Below are positions 36,063 to 44,746 of a DNA stretch of 58,463 nucleotides, piece by piece; within the stretch, counting starts at the first letter, position 1; each line of letters begins with the position of its first letter. The position numbers and the translations under genes are program-made. The stretch is from a virus (taxonomy: Duplodnaviria > Caudoviricetes). The stretch spans positions 1 to 58,463 of IMG/VR virus record IMGVR_UViG_3300011400_000098. One strand, written 5' to 3'. The notes under the pieces are model-generated. The model was not told the origin of the DNA and did no database searches. It was given only the letters and a program-made list of their open reading frames with translations.

Positions 36063-36290
36063 TCAGTTCGGGTGTGTGGTGAGCAGCACGCTCTCTGGTG
36101 CAGTGACAGTGATCCCTACGTAGCGAGTGTGGCGCATCTCCTGCGTGAGCTGATAGACACAATGCCTGCACACTCTGATCGTGACTGGCCTATCCCTGTT
36201 GGGCGGGAAGGCGCTCACAGCTAGCCGACCTGGCTCATGGCTTGGGTCAACCTCACACGATGGGGCAAGTAGGGCGGGGGAGCCTTGCAT
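36063..36290 (-). CDS. Hypothetical protein
   Basis: RBS GGAGG before ATG 36290. Confidence 0.5.
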   Translation of the reverse strand: MQGSPALLAPSCEVDPSHEPGRLAVSAFPPNRDRPVTIRVCRHCVYQLTQEMRHTRYVGITVTAPESVLLTTHPN

Positions 36291-36330
36291 GGGAGTGCCT
36301 CCTGGGTTTTGGGATTGGGTCGGGTAGGAC

Positions 36331-36359
36331 TTGCGCTTGGGCGCGTGGGGTGGTATATT
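36331..36359 (+). promoter_or_regulatory. Promoter for the lone rightward gene
   Basis: TTGCGC-N17-TATATT with TG extension. Confidence 0.55.
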
Positions 36360-36413
36360 ATAGGTGTGGGGGCGAGCGCCCCTAACCAAAGCTCAGATCG
36401 AGAGGATCAAGAA

Positions 36414-36815
36414 ATGTCTGACACGGCACAGGTCGAAGCTCCGGCGGAGGGCGCGGCAACCGCGGCGCCTGCTGGAGAAAACGGGCAGGCTGCGCCCGAG
36501 GCTGCAGCTACTGAGAAGGAGAAGCGCCCGCAGGCCGGGATGTATGTGAGTACGCCTGAGCCGCTGAAGTCTCGTATCGAGCAGGAGGCGGCTGCGGCTG
36601 GCGTCGCGCCTCGCGTGTTCGTGCGTGACTTCCTCGCTAAGACGTGGGGCCTCACTCTGGAGCCCGCTCGCACGCGCAGCACCTACGCCACGCCGGAGCT
36701 GAAGGCGGAAGCGCAGAAGGCGAAGCGCCTGGAGCGCCAGGACCTCATCAAGAAGCTGCTCTCCGCTCACCGCGAGGCGCAGAAGGAGGGGAAGCCCGTC
36801 GTCATCGAGGGGTAG
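36414..36815 (+). CDS. Putative ribbon-helix-helix regulator; only plus-strand gene inside the left arm
   Basis: MYVSTPEPLKSRIEQEAAAAGVAPRVFVRDFL; RBS GAGG; own promoter and terminator. Confidence 0.7.
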   Translation: MSDTAQVEAPAEGAATAAPAGENGQAAPEAAATEKEKRPQAGMYVSTPEPLKSRIEQEAAAAGVAPRVFVRDFLAKTWGLTLEPARTRSTYATPELKAEAQKAKRLERQDLIKKLLSAHREAQKEGKPVVIEG

Positions 36816-36844
36816 ACACTCGCAGACAACTGAATAGGTGGCGG

Positions 36845-36879
36845 AACGCCCTACGTGAAAGCGTAGGGCGTTTTTGTTT
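36845..36879 (+). terminator. Intrinsic terminator
   Basis: AACGCCCTACG-tgaaag-CGTAGGGCGTT followed by a T tract, between convergent genes. Confidence 0.85.
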
Positions 36880-36882
36880 GTG

Positions 36883-37725
36883 TTAGAGTGCGAGGCCACT
36901 GGGGTTGTTCCTGGAGGGGCGACGCTGTGGCTTGGCCTGTAGTGAGCTTGGCATGTTGGGCGGAGCGTAGACTGGGGTGAGATAACCCATGCCGATAGCC
37001 TCTAGCATCGCAGCTACTCGGGTGTGCGGTGCGATAGCCCCGTTCCTGTAGGGTGCGATCAAGAAGTGGTCTGCGACTGGCAAGGCCTGACTTACTATAA
37101 CGGCGAAGTCTTTGGCGTTCAGGTTGCGCTGTTGCCTACGCCTGTGCCCCGCGGGGTGGTTAGCTGTGTCGAGGTAGGCGAAGCTCCAGATGGGGAGCCT
37201 GCTGTGGCTGATTTGAGCTGTGTCCATGATGCGTAGGTCGTGCGGGCGAGTGTCGCGCCAGTGTTCGTGGGTGGGGTTGGCAGCGATGAGTGCGAGCAGA
37301 TACTTCGTCATACCTTGCCAGGCAGCTTTGCCCTTGTACCCGTAGTGGTCACGATCTTTGCACAGTTGGTTCCACGCACGCTCGCTGATGTAAATGCGCG
37401 TGTTGTCGTAGGTCAGGATCGTGCGCGTGCTTGACCGTGATGCTGTCGTAGGGATGGCTGTAGGGTCGAGGGCGATCAGCGTGACCTGCATCGACGGATC
37501 GAGCGTAGCGCCATTACACACGTACAGAAAGGCGTGCGCTCGGTCGAATGCCTGCTGCCAAGAGAGGCAGTAGTCGATGACGGCTGGCTGATTGATGCGC
37601 GTGGTCGCACCGTGCTTGGTCTGAAACGGGTGATCTGTGGCGATGATCGTGAAAGTCGTCTCAGACTCTACGATGGTAAGTGTGGGTAGGTTAGGCGGCG
37701 TCGTTGTCGTTGGTTGCGTAGTCAA
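36883..37725 (-). CDS. Hypothetical protein
   Basis: 280-aa ORF; RBS GAAAGG. Confidence 0.65.
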   Translation of the reverse strand: MTTQPTTTTPPNLPTLTIVESETTFTIIATDHPFQTKHGATTRINQPAVIDYCLSWQQAFDRAHAFLYVCNGATLDPSMQVTLIALDPTAIPTTASRSSTRTILTYDNTRIYISERAWNQLCKDRDHYGYKGKAAWQGMTKYLLALIAANPTHEHWRDTRPHDLRIMDTAQISHSRLPIWSFAYLDTANHPAGHRRRQQRNLNAKDFAVIVSQALPVADHFLIAPYRNGAIAPHTRVAAMLEAIGMGYLTPVYAPPNMPSSLQAKPQRRPSRNNPSGLAL

Positions 37726-38149
37726 GGGCTGCTAGCCTTTCTGCACGACGTTGGCGTGTTGCGCGGAGCTTGTCGATGGGCTTGACCAGTTCGCGGATGG
37801 CTGCTACGATCCTGTTCGGGTGTACGTGGTACGGGCCTACAGTACCCCTCGGAGTGTGCAACGCGGCCTGGAGATGTCGGTACTTTTTGGGGGCTGCACG
37901 CCAGCCGTATACGCCCGCGGCGGGGTCATTTGTGACGAAGATACTGACTCCGCGCGACCACGGCAGGGCGAACAGATAGATTGGTGTGTGTCGAGGGTCA
38001 GCAGGGACATAAGGGATGACGATGCCATCGCCTGCTTTTTGTACGTGGTGGACGAGGGAGCTGTCCGGATCGTTGGACAGCTCCTGTACGACTTTGGTGA
38101 ACAGCTCGTCAGTTCTTCGCTTGCTGGTAGCAATTTCGTCTGCGGTCAC
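37691..38149 (-). CDS. Hypothetical protein
   Basis: RBS GAAAGG. Confidence 0.6.
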   Translation of the reverse strand: MTADEIATSKRRTDELFTKVVQELSNDPDSSLVHHVQKAGDGIVIPYVPADPRHTPIYLFALPWSRGVSIFVTNDPAAGVYGWRAAPKKYRHLQAALHTPRGTVGPYHVHPNRIVAAIRELVKPIDKLRATRQRRAERLAALDYATNDNDAA

Positions 38150-38228
38150 GGCTACTGGCCTTTCTTGTGAGCTAATCTCACACTTGAGCGTACCGAGATG
38201 GGTACGCTCTGGTGTGGTATTAAGAGAA

Positions 38229-38495
38229 CTAGAACAGGTCGATGCCGTCGTCTGTAGACATGAGGCGGAGCGTAGCGTAGGTAGTCCAGTCCGAGCGCGA
38301 GATGATGTAGGACAGGGACATCTCGTGGAACGTAGCAGTGTAGCCCTTGCCGTCGATGATGCGCTGAGCCTCTTTCATCATGGACAGAATGCTATCGTCC
38401 TGGTCGTAGCTGTGGCTCTCGTCTACGATGTAAGAGAAGCCGTCGTGTGCGAGTGTGACCCGAGCGTGGTACAGGGTTCGCGGTTGGCGCGTCAT
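38229..38495 (-). CDS. Hypothetical protein
   Basis: RBS AGGAG. Confidence 0.6.
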   Translation of the reverse strand: MTRQPRTLYHARVTLAHDGFSYIVDESHSYDQDDSILSMMKEAQRIIDGKGYTATFHEMSLSYIISRSDWTTYATLRLMSTDDGIDLF

Positions 38496-38586
38496 ATGTG
38501 GCTCCTAGCCTAGCAGTGATTTGTGCGTTGTGCATCTACGCACAGTTGAGCGTACGGCCTTTGGGGGTGCGTACGCTCTGCTGTAT

Positions 38587-38808
38587 TTAGATGCGCTCGT
38601 CGGCGGTCAGGTCGAGGGCGGCGGGGCAGTCGTCCTCGTACTGCACCTGAATGTCGCCCGCCATGACTTGCGGGACGTACTCGAACGTGAACCCGGCAGG
38701 AGCGTGGATGTTCCGTCGGCAAACCCAGGCGTCTCCGGGCTCGAAGTCTTGCATGGCGAGGACGGCGAACAACTTGCCTGCGAGGAAGAACATTTTCATG
38801 GACAGCAT
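38587..38808 (-). CDS. Hypothetical protein
   Basis: RBS GAAAGG before ATG 38808. Confidence 0.5.
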   Translation of the reverse strand: MLSMKMFFLAGKLFAVLAMQDFEPGDAWVCRRNIHAPAGFTFEYVPQVMAGDIQVQYEDDCPAALDLTADERI

Positions 38809-38833
38809 GGTGGTGTGCCTTTCTTGGGTTGGT

Positions 38834-39691
38834 TTAGCGGCTGCGGTTGTAGCGTCGGCTGGAGCTTGAGCGGTACCTGCGCTCGAACGGGTCTTGGTAG
38901 ATGTAGGTATCGGGGTCGAACGCTGGGGACTTGTCGGGGTCGTTGTACAGTTCGATCTTCTCCTTGAGCCAGGTTTCGGGTTCTTCGAGCATCGGATCAT
39001 ACAAGAAGATGGAGGGGAGGAACAGGTCTTGCGGGTTCGCCCCCAGATGCTCGCGCATCTTCTTCTCGTTGTATGCGTCGGGGTGCCACGCACCAGTCAC
39101 GCCGGGGTTGTCGAGCCTACAGGCGTCGATCCCTACGTGCCTGACCACATCGGGCTCGCTGAGTGAGGCCATGATCGTGGACAGGTTTATGGGGGATGTA
39201 GTGATGTCCCAACTGATGATTGACCCATCGCGGCGGTAGCTGCCCAGGTTCACGTAGGGGGTGATCAGTACTTGGCGCTTCTTGCTCATCATGATCGCGA
39301 ACGCGGCCAGAACTGCACCACGCTTGACGAGTTGCGCTTCGCTGATACCGCCGGATGAAGTCACGCCCACCCAGATTCGCAGAGGAGCCTTGTCGCTCAT
39401 GTCAGGTAGGAGGTTCCACATGCAGTCGGGCTGGCCCGCGAGGAACGTGGGTACGTCGGGGAAGGCACCTGCTACGTCATGCTCCCATGTGAGAGAGGGG
39501 ACTTCGACGGCCTGCTCGAAGCTCTCCAGGAACTTGTCAGCGAGCTTGGCGTTCTTGTCGTTGCCATCCTCTAGGTCCCGCAGACCTTGCAGGGTCTTGT
39601 CGCGGGACCAGCCAGAGGACTGATCGTCGTTGTTGCGGAACCACTTAGCGAATTCGCGTGGGGAGCTGAAGTGCTTGCTTGTGAATGTCAT
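38834..39691 (-). CDS. vWA-like partner of the MoxR/CbbQ ATPase
   Basis: DVAGAFPDVPTFLAGQPDCM, then IWVGVTSSGG (degenerate MIDAS-like); ATGA coupling to the AAA gene. Confidence 0.65.
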   Translation of the reverse strand: MTFTSKHFSSPREFAKWFRNNDDQSSGWSRDKTLQGLRDLEDGNDKNAKLADKFLESFEQAVEVPSLTWEHDVAGAFPDVPTFLAGQPDCMWNLLPDMSDKAPLRIWVGVTSSGGISEAQLVKRGAVLAAFAIMMSKKRQVLITPYVNLGSYRRDGSIISWDITTSPINLSTIMASLSEPDVVRHVGIDACRLDNPGVTGAWHPDAYNEKKMREHLGANPQDLFLPSIFLYDPMLEEPETWLKEKIELYNDPDKSPAFDPDTYIYQDPFERRYRSSSSRRYNRSR

Positions 39692-41157
39692 CGTGTGCCT
39701 CCGAAGTCGATGTGCTTCGGGTCTTGAGGCAGAGTGGGCGTGGCGAGCGTGGTGGGTGCGATTGATGTGGCGGAGTCTGGCTTGTAGTTGCGGAGCCAAG
39801 TGTCGATCTGACGCAGCGGCTCGGGCCACGATCCGTCGCGCTCGCGGAACTTACCAAAGATCGCCTCGACCACCAGAGCTGGGCGCACGCCCCGGCTGAG
39901 CAGGGCTCCGCCTCGGCTGGTCGCGCGTGGGCTAATCACGATCTTCAGCTCTTTGGTGTTGCACGCGGCCCTACAGGCCTGGACTAGGCGCGTCCAATCA
40001 GGCACCTTGCCGAACGCCATCTCCAGATCGTTGTCGTAGCCCCAGGACAGAGTAAAGAACCGGTCGAGGGTCGCGTCGTCGAGCTTGTTCCGCCCCATGT
40101 AGTTGGCGTCACCGCCGAACCCCCAGGTGTTGGCCGCTGCGATGATGTAGCAGTCCTTGTGGCGGGGGACGAGCTTGTCAGGGAAGTCGTGGAACCCGTT
40201 GGCAGTTGCAGCGTTGATTTCGAGGAGAGCGTTGGCAGAGGAGCCATCCATCTCGTCGAGCAGGATCACGCCACCGTTCTCGTAGATGTGGCGGAACCCA
40301 GTCCCTACATAGTCGCCCTTGGCGTCCATGTAACCTGAGATTTGGAACGGAGTAGCGACTGCACCCCTCGCGCGGAAGTGGGTGGTCTTCGCTTTCTCCT
40401 CCCCGAACAACGCCACAGCGACGAGGAACGCGCCGGTCGTCTTACCAGAACCCGCCGGCCCGGCCAGATAGCCGTTTCTATCTGGGGCGTCCAGGTTCAT
40501 CATCAGCTCGATCAGATCGAGTTGGCGGAAGTGCTTCAGACCCTTGAGTTGGGTCGTGGTGCCATCTGCGGCCTTGACGGTGAGCGTCTTGCCTGTGTCG
40601 GCTTGCTTTTCGAGCTGCTCGATGCGGAGCTTGGCACCAGCGAACTGGGACTTCAGCTCGTCGTACTGCTTGATGATCTGGTCGGTTCTGGCGCGCTCTT
40701 GCGCGACGTTGGTTTTGGCGTCTTGCGCGGTCGTTAGGGAGGCCAGCGCGGCGTCCTCAACGTCATTGAGGCGACCCGCGATAGCAGTGAGCACTTCCTC
40801 GCCCAGGTTGCTGTTGGTAGCGCCGTTGGCCGAGGGCAGTTCGACGGGCTTCGTCTCGTGGGAGTGCAGAAGCTCTTGGCTGGGCGTGGCGGTCGTGGTC
40901 TTGGGCAGATCAACGCCCTTGTCGTGCGCGACGTGCGCGTTTGCGATGAGCTGCTCGCGCTCGCTTTGCGGCTTCCAGACAGAGCGCCCGCTCCACTCGT
41001 TCTGGATGTTCCAGGCGTCGTGGCGGTCGTGCGCGGTGGGGTCGTCCCTGTGGTAGATCGTGGCTTTGTGCCACTGAACGATGGTAGGCGAACCAATGGT
41101 CGTGTGACCGTGGTTCAACTGCCCATCGTCCTTGAGCAGATACTTCGTGCTGGTCAT
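39688..41157 (-). CDS. MoxR/CbbQ/CobS-type AAA+ ATPase with N-terminal coiled coil
   Basis: GPAGSGKTT, LLDEMD, AAANT.G, LDDATLDRF, ISPRA. Confidence 0.9.
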   Translation of the reverse strand: MTSTKYLLKDDGQLNHGHTTIGSPTIVQWHKATIYHRDDPTAHDRHDAWNIQNEWSGRSVWKPQSEREQLIANAHVAHDKGVDLPKTTTATPSQELLHSHETKPVELPSANGATNSNLGEEVLTAIAGRLNDVEDAALASLTTAQDAKTNVAQERARTDQIIKQYDELKSQFAGAKLRIEQLEKQADTGKTLTVKAADGTTTQLKGLKHFRQLDLIELMMNLDAPDRNGYLAGPAGSGKTTGAFLVAVALFGEEKAKTTHFRARGAVATPFQISGYMDAKGDYVGTGFRHIYENGGVILLDEMDGSSANALLEINAATANGFHDFPDKLVPRHKDCYIIAAANTWGFGGDANYMGRNKLDDATLDRFFTLSWGYDNDLEMAFGKVPDWTRLVQACRAACNTKELKIVISPRATSRGGALLSRGVRPALVVEAIFGKFRERDGSWPEPLRQIDTWLRNYKPDSATSIAPTTLATPTLPQDPKHIDFGGTR

Positions 41158-41240
41158 TGCTTTGGCTGCTAGCCCCTCCGTTGAGTTCAGATCAGTGATT
41201 GCGCGCTAGTGTGGGGTGGAGGGCAGAACCCTCCACCTAT

Positions 41241-41269
41241 AGTATACACGCAGAACGTGCGGAAGTCAA
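41241..41269 (-). promoter_or_regulatory. Promoter for the AAA operon
   Basis: TTGACT-N17-TATACT; hairpin GGTGGAGGG/CCCTCCACC just downstream. Confidence 0.7.
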
Positions 41270-41305
41270 TAGGCAGAACCAGGACTGGCACATACTGCTA
41301 AGTAT

Positions 41306-41506
41306 TCAGTCCTGCGTCTGGTCGGCGACGTACGCGCTGAGCAGGCGGCCGTTGATCGTGATCTGGCTCGCGCCCATCGCGTCGCCTTCCATGAGCATCC
41401 GCGCTTTCAGCTTCGTGGCCTGGCGCAGACGTGAGGGTCGCGTGCCGCGTGCGTGGACTGGTAGGCGGTGCGGTGGTGGGTTCGGCGGGCAAGTGACTGT
41501 GTACAT
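41306..41506 (-). CDS. Hypothetical protein
   Basis: RBS GAAAGGAG. Confidence 0.55.
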   Translation of the reverse strand: MYTVTCPPNPPPHRLPVHARGTRPSRLRQATKLKARMLMEGDAMGASQITINGRLLSAYVADQTQD

Positions 41507-41538
41507 GGCATGGCAGCTCCTTTCTCTGTAATGGTAGC

Positions 41539-41560
41539 GACTTTTACAGTTGAAAAAGTG
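41539..41560. repeat. 22-bp palindrome copy 5 (GACTTTTAC-AGTT-GAAAAAGTG)
   Basis: Intergenic; one terminal mismatch. Confidence 0.8.
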
Positions 41561-41736
41561 GTTTTTTGTAGTCTGGGGCGCGGGCCATTGGATTACAAAC
41601 CTACATGGCACTACCTCCCTACCTACTGAAGCATACAATTGTACATACCCGTCCTGTATGTTTGTATCCTCCGTCATCATCTCAAGGGTATGGAGTAGGT
41701 ATGTAATCAAGTGCAGGAAAATTCAGCGCGGTCGAC

Positions 41737-41758
41737 GACTTTTGCATTTGTAAATGTC
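41737..41758. repeat. 22-bp palindrome copy 6 (GACTTTTGC-ATTT-GTAAATGTC)
   Basis: Intergenic; arms are the reverse complement of copy 4. Confidence 0.85.
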
Positions 41759-41839
41759 CCGAAAATCGCTTCAGAGGTCGGCGGGAGCTCCACTGTGAAG
41801 CCCCCGCGCTCCCTGAATAGCTCGGCCCGCCCCCTAGCG

Positions 41840-42085
41840 TCAGACGGCCTCGCCTGGAGCCTGTGCACCGCGCGTCCCGGCGGCCTCGATGACTGTGAAA
41901 TCGGGATGCCGCGGGACAGACACCCCCAATCGCGCGCACTCGAGCTGCAGGGCCTCGGCGGAAGTCAGAGACCAGGCGCGAACGCGGGAGATCGCGAACT
42001 GCCAGGAACACGGGCGCGTCATCTGCAGACCCGACTCCGAAACGACGGTCCAACGACCGGCGGCGACTTCAACCACGGTGTACAT
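41840..42085 (-). CDS. Hypothetical protein
   Basis: RBS GAAAGG. Confidence 0.5.
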   Translation of the reverse strand: MYTVVEVAAGRWTVVSESGLQMTRPCSWQFAISRVRAWSLTSAEALQLECARLGVSVPRHPDFTVIEAAGTRGAQAPGEAV

Positions 42086-42183
42086 TGCAGTAAAACCTTT
42101 CGGGCTCCGTTAGACGCTGGCACCGCGCACCACGAGCAGGTGGAGCCTTGCGCGGCATGGTGGGGCCCGCAGGCCCCGTAGTG

Positions 42184-42504
42184 TCAGACCTCCTCGTCGC
42201 CCGCGCCGGCGATCTGCGCCTCGACGTAGCTCAGGAAGCTCAGGTGCCCGTCGTGGTCTGTGCGCCACACGCCATACAACAGACCTACGAGCTGCGGGTC
42301 GATTCCTGCGAAGCACGCGCCCTTGAGCTGCTCGTCGACGGTGGACTTCACAGAGCGGAGCTTCTCCGCGCCGCACCAGGGGCAGAACCGCGGGCGCACT
42401 AGCTGCGTGGGCAGCTCGACGCGCAGAGTGATGAGTTGGCTGCAAGCGTCGCAGAGCCAAAGCATGTCGCCGGTCAGATGAGGATTCAGGTTCAGGTCAG
42501 GCAT
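42184..42504 (-). CDS. Zn-ribbon protein
   Basis: CDAC..FCPWCG. Confidence 0.6.
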   Translation of the reverse strand: MPDLNLNPHLTGDMLWLCDACSQLITLRVELPTQLVRPRFCPWCGAEKLRSVKSTVDEQLKGACFAGIDPQLVGLLYGVWRTDHDGHLSFLSYVEAQIAGAGDEEV

Positions 42505-42567
42505 GGATGCTATCCCTTCTCAGATGTAGGCGGGAGCTCCCTCAGGGGGAAACCCCCGCCGGCGGTC

Positions 42568-42798
42568 TCAGTAGATCTCGTACGGGTGGTAGTAGACCAG
42601 GTAGGGCGGGTTCAGATCGTAGTCGGCGGGGAGGCGCACCCACAGCTCGTTGCGCCCGTAGTAGGGGTAGTCCAGATCGGCGCGGCGGATGGCGCAGCCG
42701 TCCTCGTCCAGGCGAATGTCAGTGATGGTGAACATGACATCCAGTTCCGGGTCGTGGCAGATGCAGCCCACCACGTAGTCGTCGCTCAGAGATTGCAT
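42568..42798 (-). CDS. Hypothetical protein
   Basis: RBS GAAAGGA. Confidence 0.55.
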   Translation of the reverse strand: MQSLSDDYVVGCICHDPELDVMFTITDIRLDEDGCAIRRADLDYPYYGRNELWVRLPADYDLNPPYLVYYHPYEIY

Positions 42799-42817
42799 GG
42801 CTCAGGTTCCTTTCAGG

Positions 42818-43006
42818 CTAGAAGTAGCGGCTACTCTCGGAGTACAGTTCGCGCTCGATCTTGGTATGCATCTCCGGGTTGTACATCTGCACGAGGCGGA
42901 GGGCGGTGCGCGCGTCCTTGGGTGTGCAGTACCAGTTAACGCGGGTCCACTCGGTATCGGCGGCGCGCTTCTTGAACACGACATAGGTGTAGCGCATGGC
43001 AGACAT
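42818..43006 (-). CDS. Hypothetical protein
   Basis: RBS AAGGAG. Confidence 0.55.
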   Translation of the reverse strand: MSAMRYTYVVFKKRAADTEWTRVNWYCTPKDARTALRLVQMYNPEMHTKIERELYSESSRYF

Positions 43007-43126
43007 GGCGGGAGCTCCTTCAGGTCTCGTTGAATGCCGGCGACAGAGCCGGTGTGGCGCGCACCACGTACAGGTGAGACATCGCGCGCCATGTGTGGGG
43101 AGCTTCCGCCCCCCACAGATTTTCGC

Positions 43127-43534
43127 TTAGGCGATAGCGGCGCGCTCCTCCTCCGTGAGCTTCGTCGCGTCCCCACCAGCGGCGTGGAGCTTCAGAAGAG
43201 CGCGGATCTTGGCGTTGCGCGAGGCGGTTTGCGCTTTCTTGGCTTGAGCGGCCTCCTCTTTGGTCGCGTACTTGGCGCGGGGCTTGGCAGACGCGACCTC
43301 GATCCCGAAGTGGGAGCAGACGATTTGCTTGAGTAGGCCACCACGCGACGCGCCGGACGTGGCGCACTCGGCATCAATCGCGGCGAGTAGCTCGGGCGTC
43401 ATGGTCACGGCGATGTAGCGCAGATCGGCGGACTTTTCGGTCTCAGACACGGCGGGAGCTCCCTCATTCTTTCCATCAACGGCGGTCATCTCGGCAATCA
43501 TGGCGGCTTCGGTGTTGGTCATCTCGGCGGTCAT
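43127..43534 (-). CDS. Ribbon-helix-helix (CopG-like) regulator, first gene of the left arm
   Basis: YIAVTMTPELLAAIDAECATSGASRGGLLKQIV; RBS AAGGA. Confidence 0.7.
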   Translation of the reverse strand: MTAEMTNTEAAMIAEMTAVDGKNEGAPAVSETEKSADLRYIAVTMTPELLAAIDAECATSGASRGGLLKQIVCSHFGIEVASAKPRAKYATKEEAAQAKKAQTASRNAKIRALLKLHAAGGDATKLTEEERAAIA

Positions 43535-43693
43535 CTTGGTTTTTCCTTGTAGGTTCGAGCTTTGTCAGATTTTGGTTCCCGCTCGCCCTACATCTATATA
43601 CTACTCCCAATCTGGGGCCGGCACAACGGGGCCAACCTCTCCTGTCGGGAGCACCGTAAAATAACGTAAGGCTGCAAACCAGCCTGCACACAC

Positions 43694-43722
43694 TTGACAA
43701 GCCAACAGACATCGCGTATACT
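43694..43722 (+). promoter_or_regulatory. Rightward promoter for the packaging/structural arm
   Basis: TTGACA-N17-TATACT. Confidence 0.8.
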
Positions 43723-43786
43723 AACCACAATAGGGCCTCTCCACCCAACCCGCCCACCACCCTGCAGCGCGCCCTGACACACCCCT

Positions 43787-43815
43787 ATTATATCATAACC
43801 CCACGCCTATGTCAA
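43787..43815 (-). promoter_or_regulatory. Leftward promoter for the early arm
   Basis: TTGACA-N17-TATAAT with TG extension; the -35 box overlaps the ATG at 43809. Confidence 0.8.
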
Positions 43816-44318
43816 CTTCACCGCCGACATTTACAGACGAAAAAGTCATCTCACCCAACGACGCCATTGGCTTCTTAATCCAAGCCAAAGGCAACGCCAG
43901 CCTAGCAGCTGTCTACGCCTCCAAAGAACTAAACTCCCCCACGCCAATCAGCGAAGCCCAACTAATCGCAGCAATCACCAACTCAGACGACCCCCAAGCT
44001 GTAGCACGCAACCTCTCCAGCCTAACCGCCCAACTACGCATTCTACTCGTACTCAACACCGTCGAAGCCTTTCGTATCACCCACACAGCCTACCTACAAA
44101 TGATCCCCCACCTATCAGCAAAAGAAACAGCCAACACCTATACCAAACTCCTTGACGCACTAACCGTCCTGGCTACCCCTCCCCCACCTGCCCAAACCAA
44201 CTCCCCCTCACCCTCATCGCAACTCACCGCAGAAACCCTTCGCGCACTCATGCCTCCCGAAGTCCAAGCTGCCCTCGACCAACTCACCCCACCAACAAGC
44301 CCTACCCCCACACCATGA
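43809..44318 (+). CDS. Putative terminase small subunit
   Basis: Helical 169-aa protein upstream of the large terminase; positional inference. Confidence 0.45.
   Translation: MSTSPPTFTDEKVISPNDAIGFLIQAKGNASLAAVYASKELNSPTPISEAQLIAAITNSDDPQAVARNLSSLTAQLRILLVLNTVEAFRITHTAYLQMIPHLSAKETANTYTKLLDALTVLATPPPPAQTNSPSPSSQLTAETLRALMPPEVQAALDQLTPPTSPTPTP
43826..43847. repeat. 22-bp palindrome copy 7 (GACATTTAC-AGAC-GAAAAAGTC)
   Basis: 10 bp upstream of the leftward -35 box. Confidence 0.85.
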
Positions 44319-44746
44319 TAGCCCCCGCCCCCTACGTCGCTAACGCCCCCGCAGTCAGGGCAGCCACGATAGAAGACTACCCCGCCATAGTCACCCTAGT
44401 ACGCAGTACGCGCCTTTTTGGTTTCGTAAACAGAACTGTTATTAGACAATCTATCGAAAAAAGCGAACTCAACATCGTAGACCACAAGCAAATCATAGCA
44501 GGCTTCATACGCTACCACAGGCGCAAAGACAATAAACACACCATCTACGATCTGTACGTCGTCCCGCAATACCGGCGTCGAGGCTACGCTACTGCTCTGT
44601 TCGATTCAATACCTACCCCCAAGCAGTTACGTTGTCCTAACTACCTCCCCTACGCAGCGGCCCACGCCTTCTACACACGCCTAGCACCCACCCACCACAT
44701 AGCTGCCTACGACATGACGCTGTACGTATGGGACACCCCGACCTAA
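44315..44746 (+). CDS. GNAT acetyltransferase
   Basis: VRAATIED, IYDLYVVPQYRRRGYATAL, AHAFY. Confidence 0.85.
   Translation: MIAPAPYVANAPAVRAATIEDYPAIVTLVRSTRLFGFVNRTVIRQSIEKSELNIVDHKQIIAGFIRYHRRKDNKHTIYDLYVVPQYRRRGYATALFDSIPTPKQLRCPNYLPYAAAHAFYTRLAPTHHIAAYDMTLYVWDTPT

Larger units (their letters stand above)
41780..43462. repeat. Four exact copies of GGCGGGAGCTCC
   Basis: At 41780, 42529, 43007 and 43451, all in the same orientation. Confidence 0.8.
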
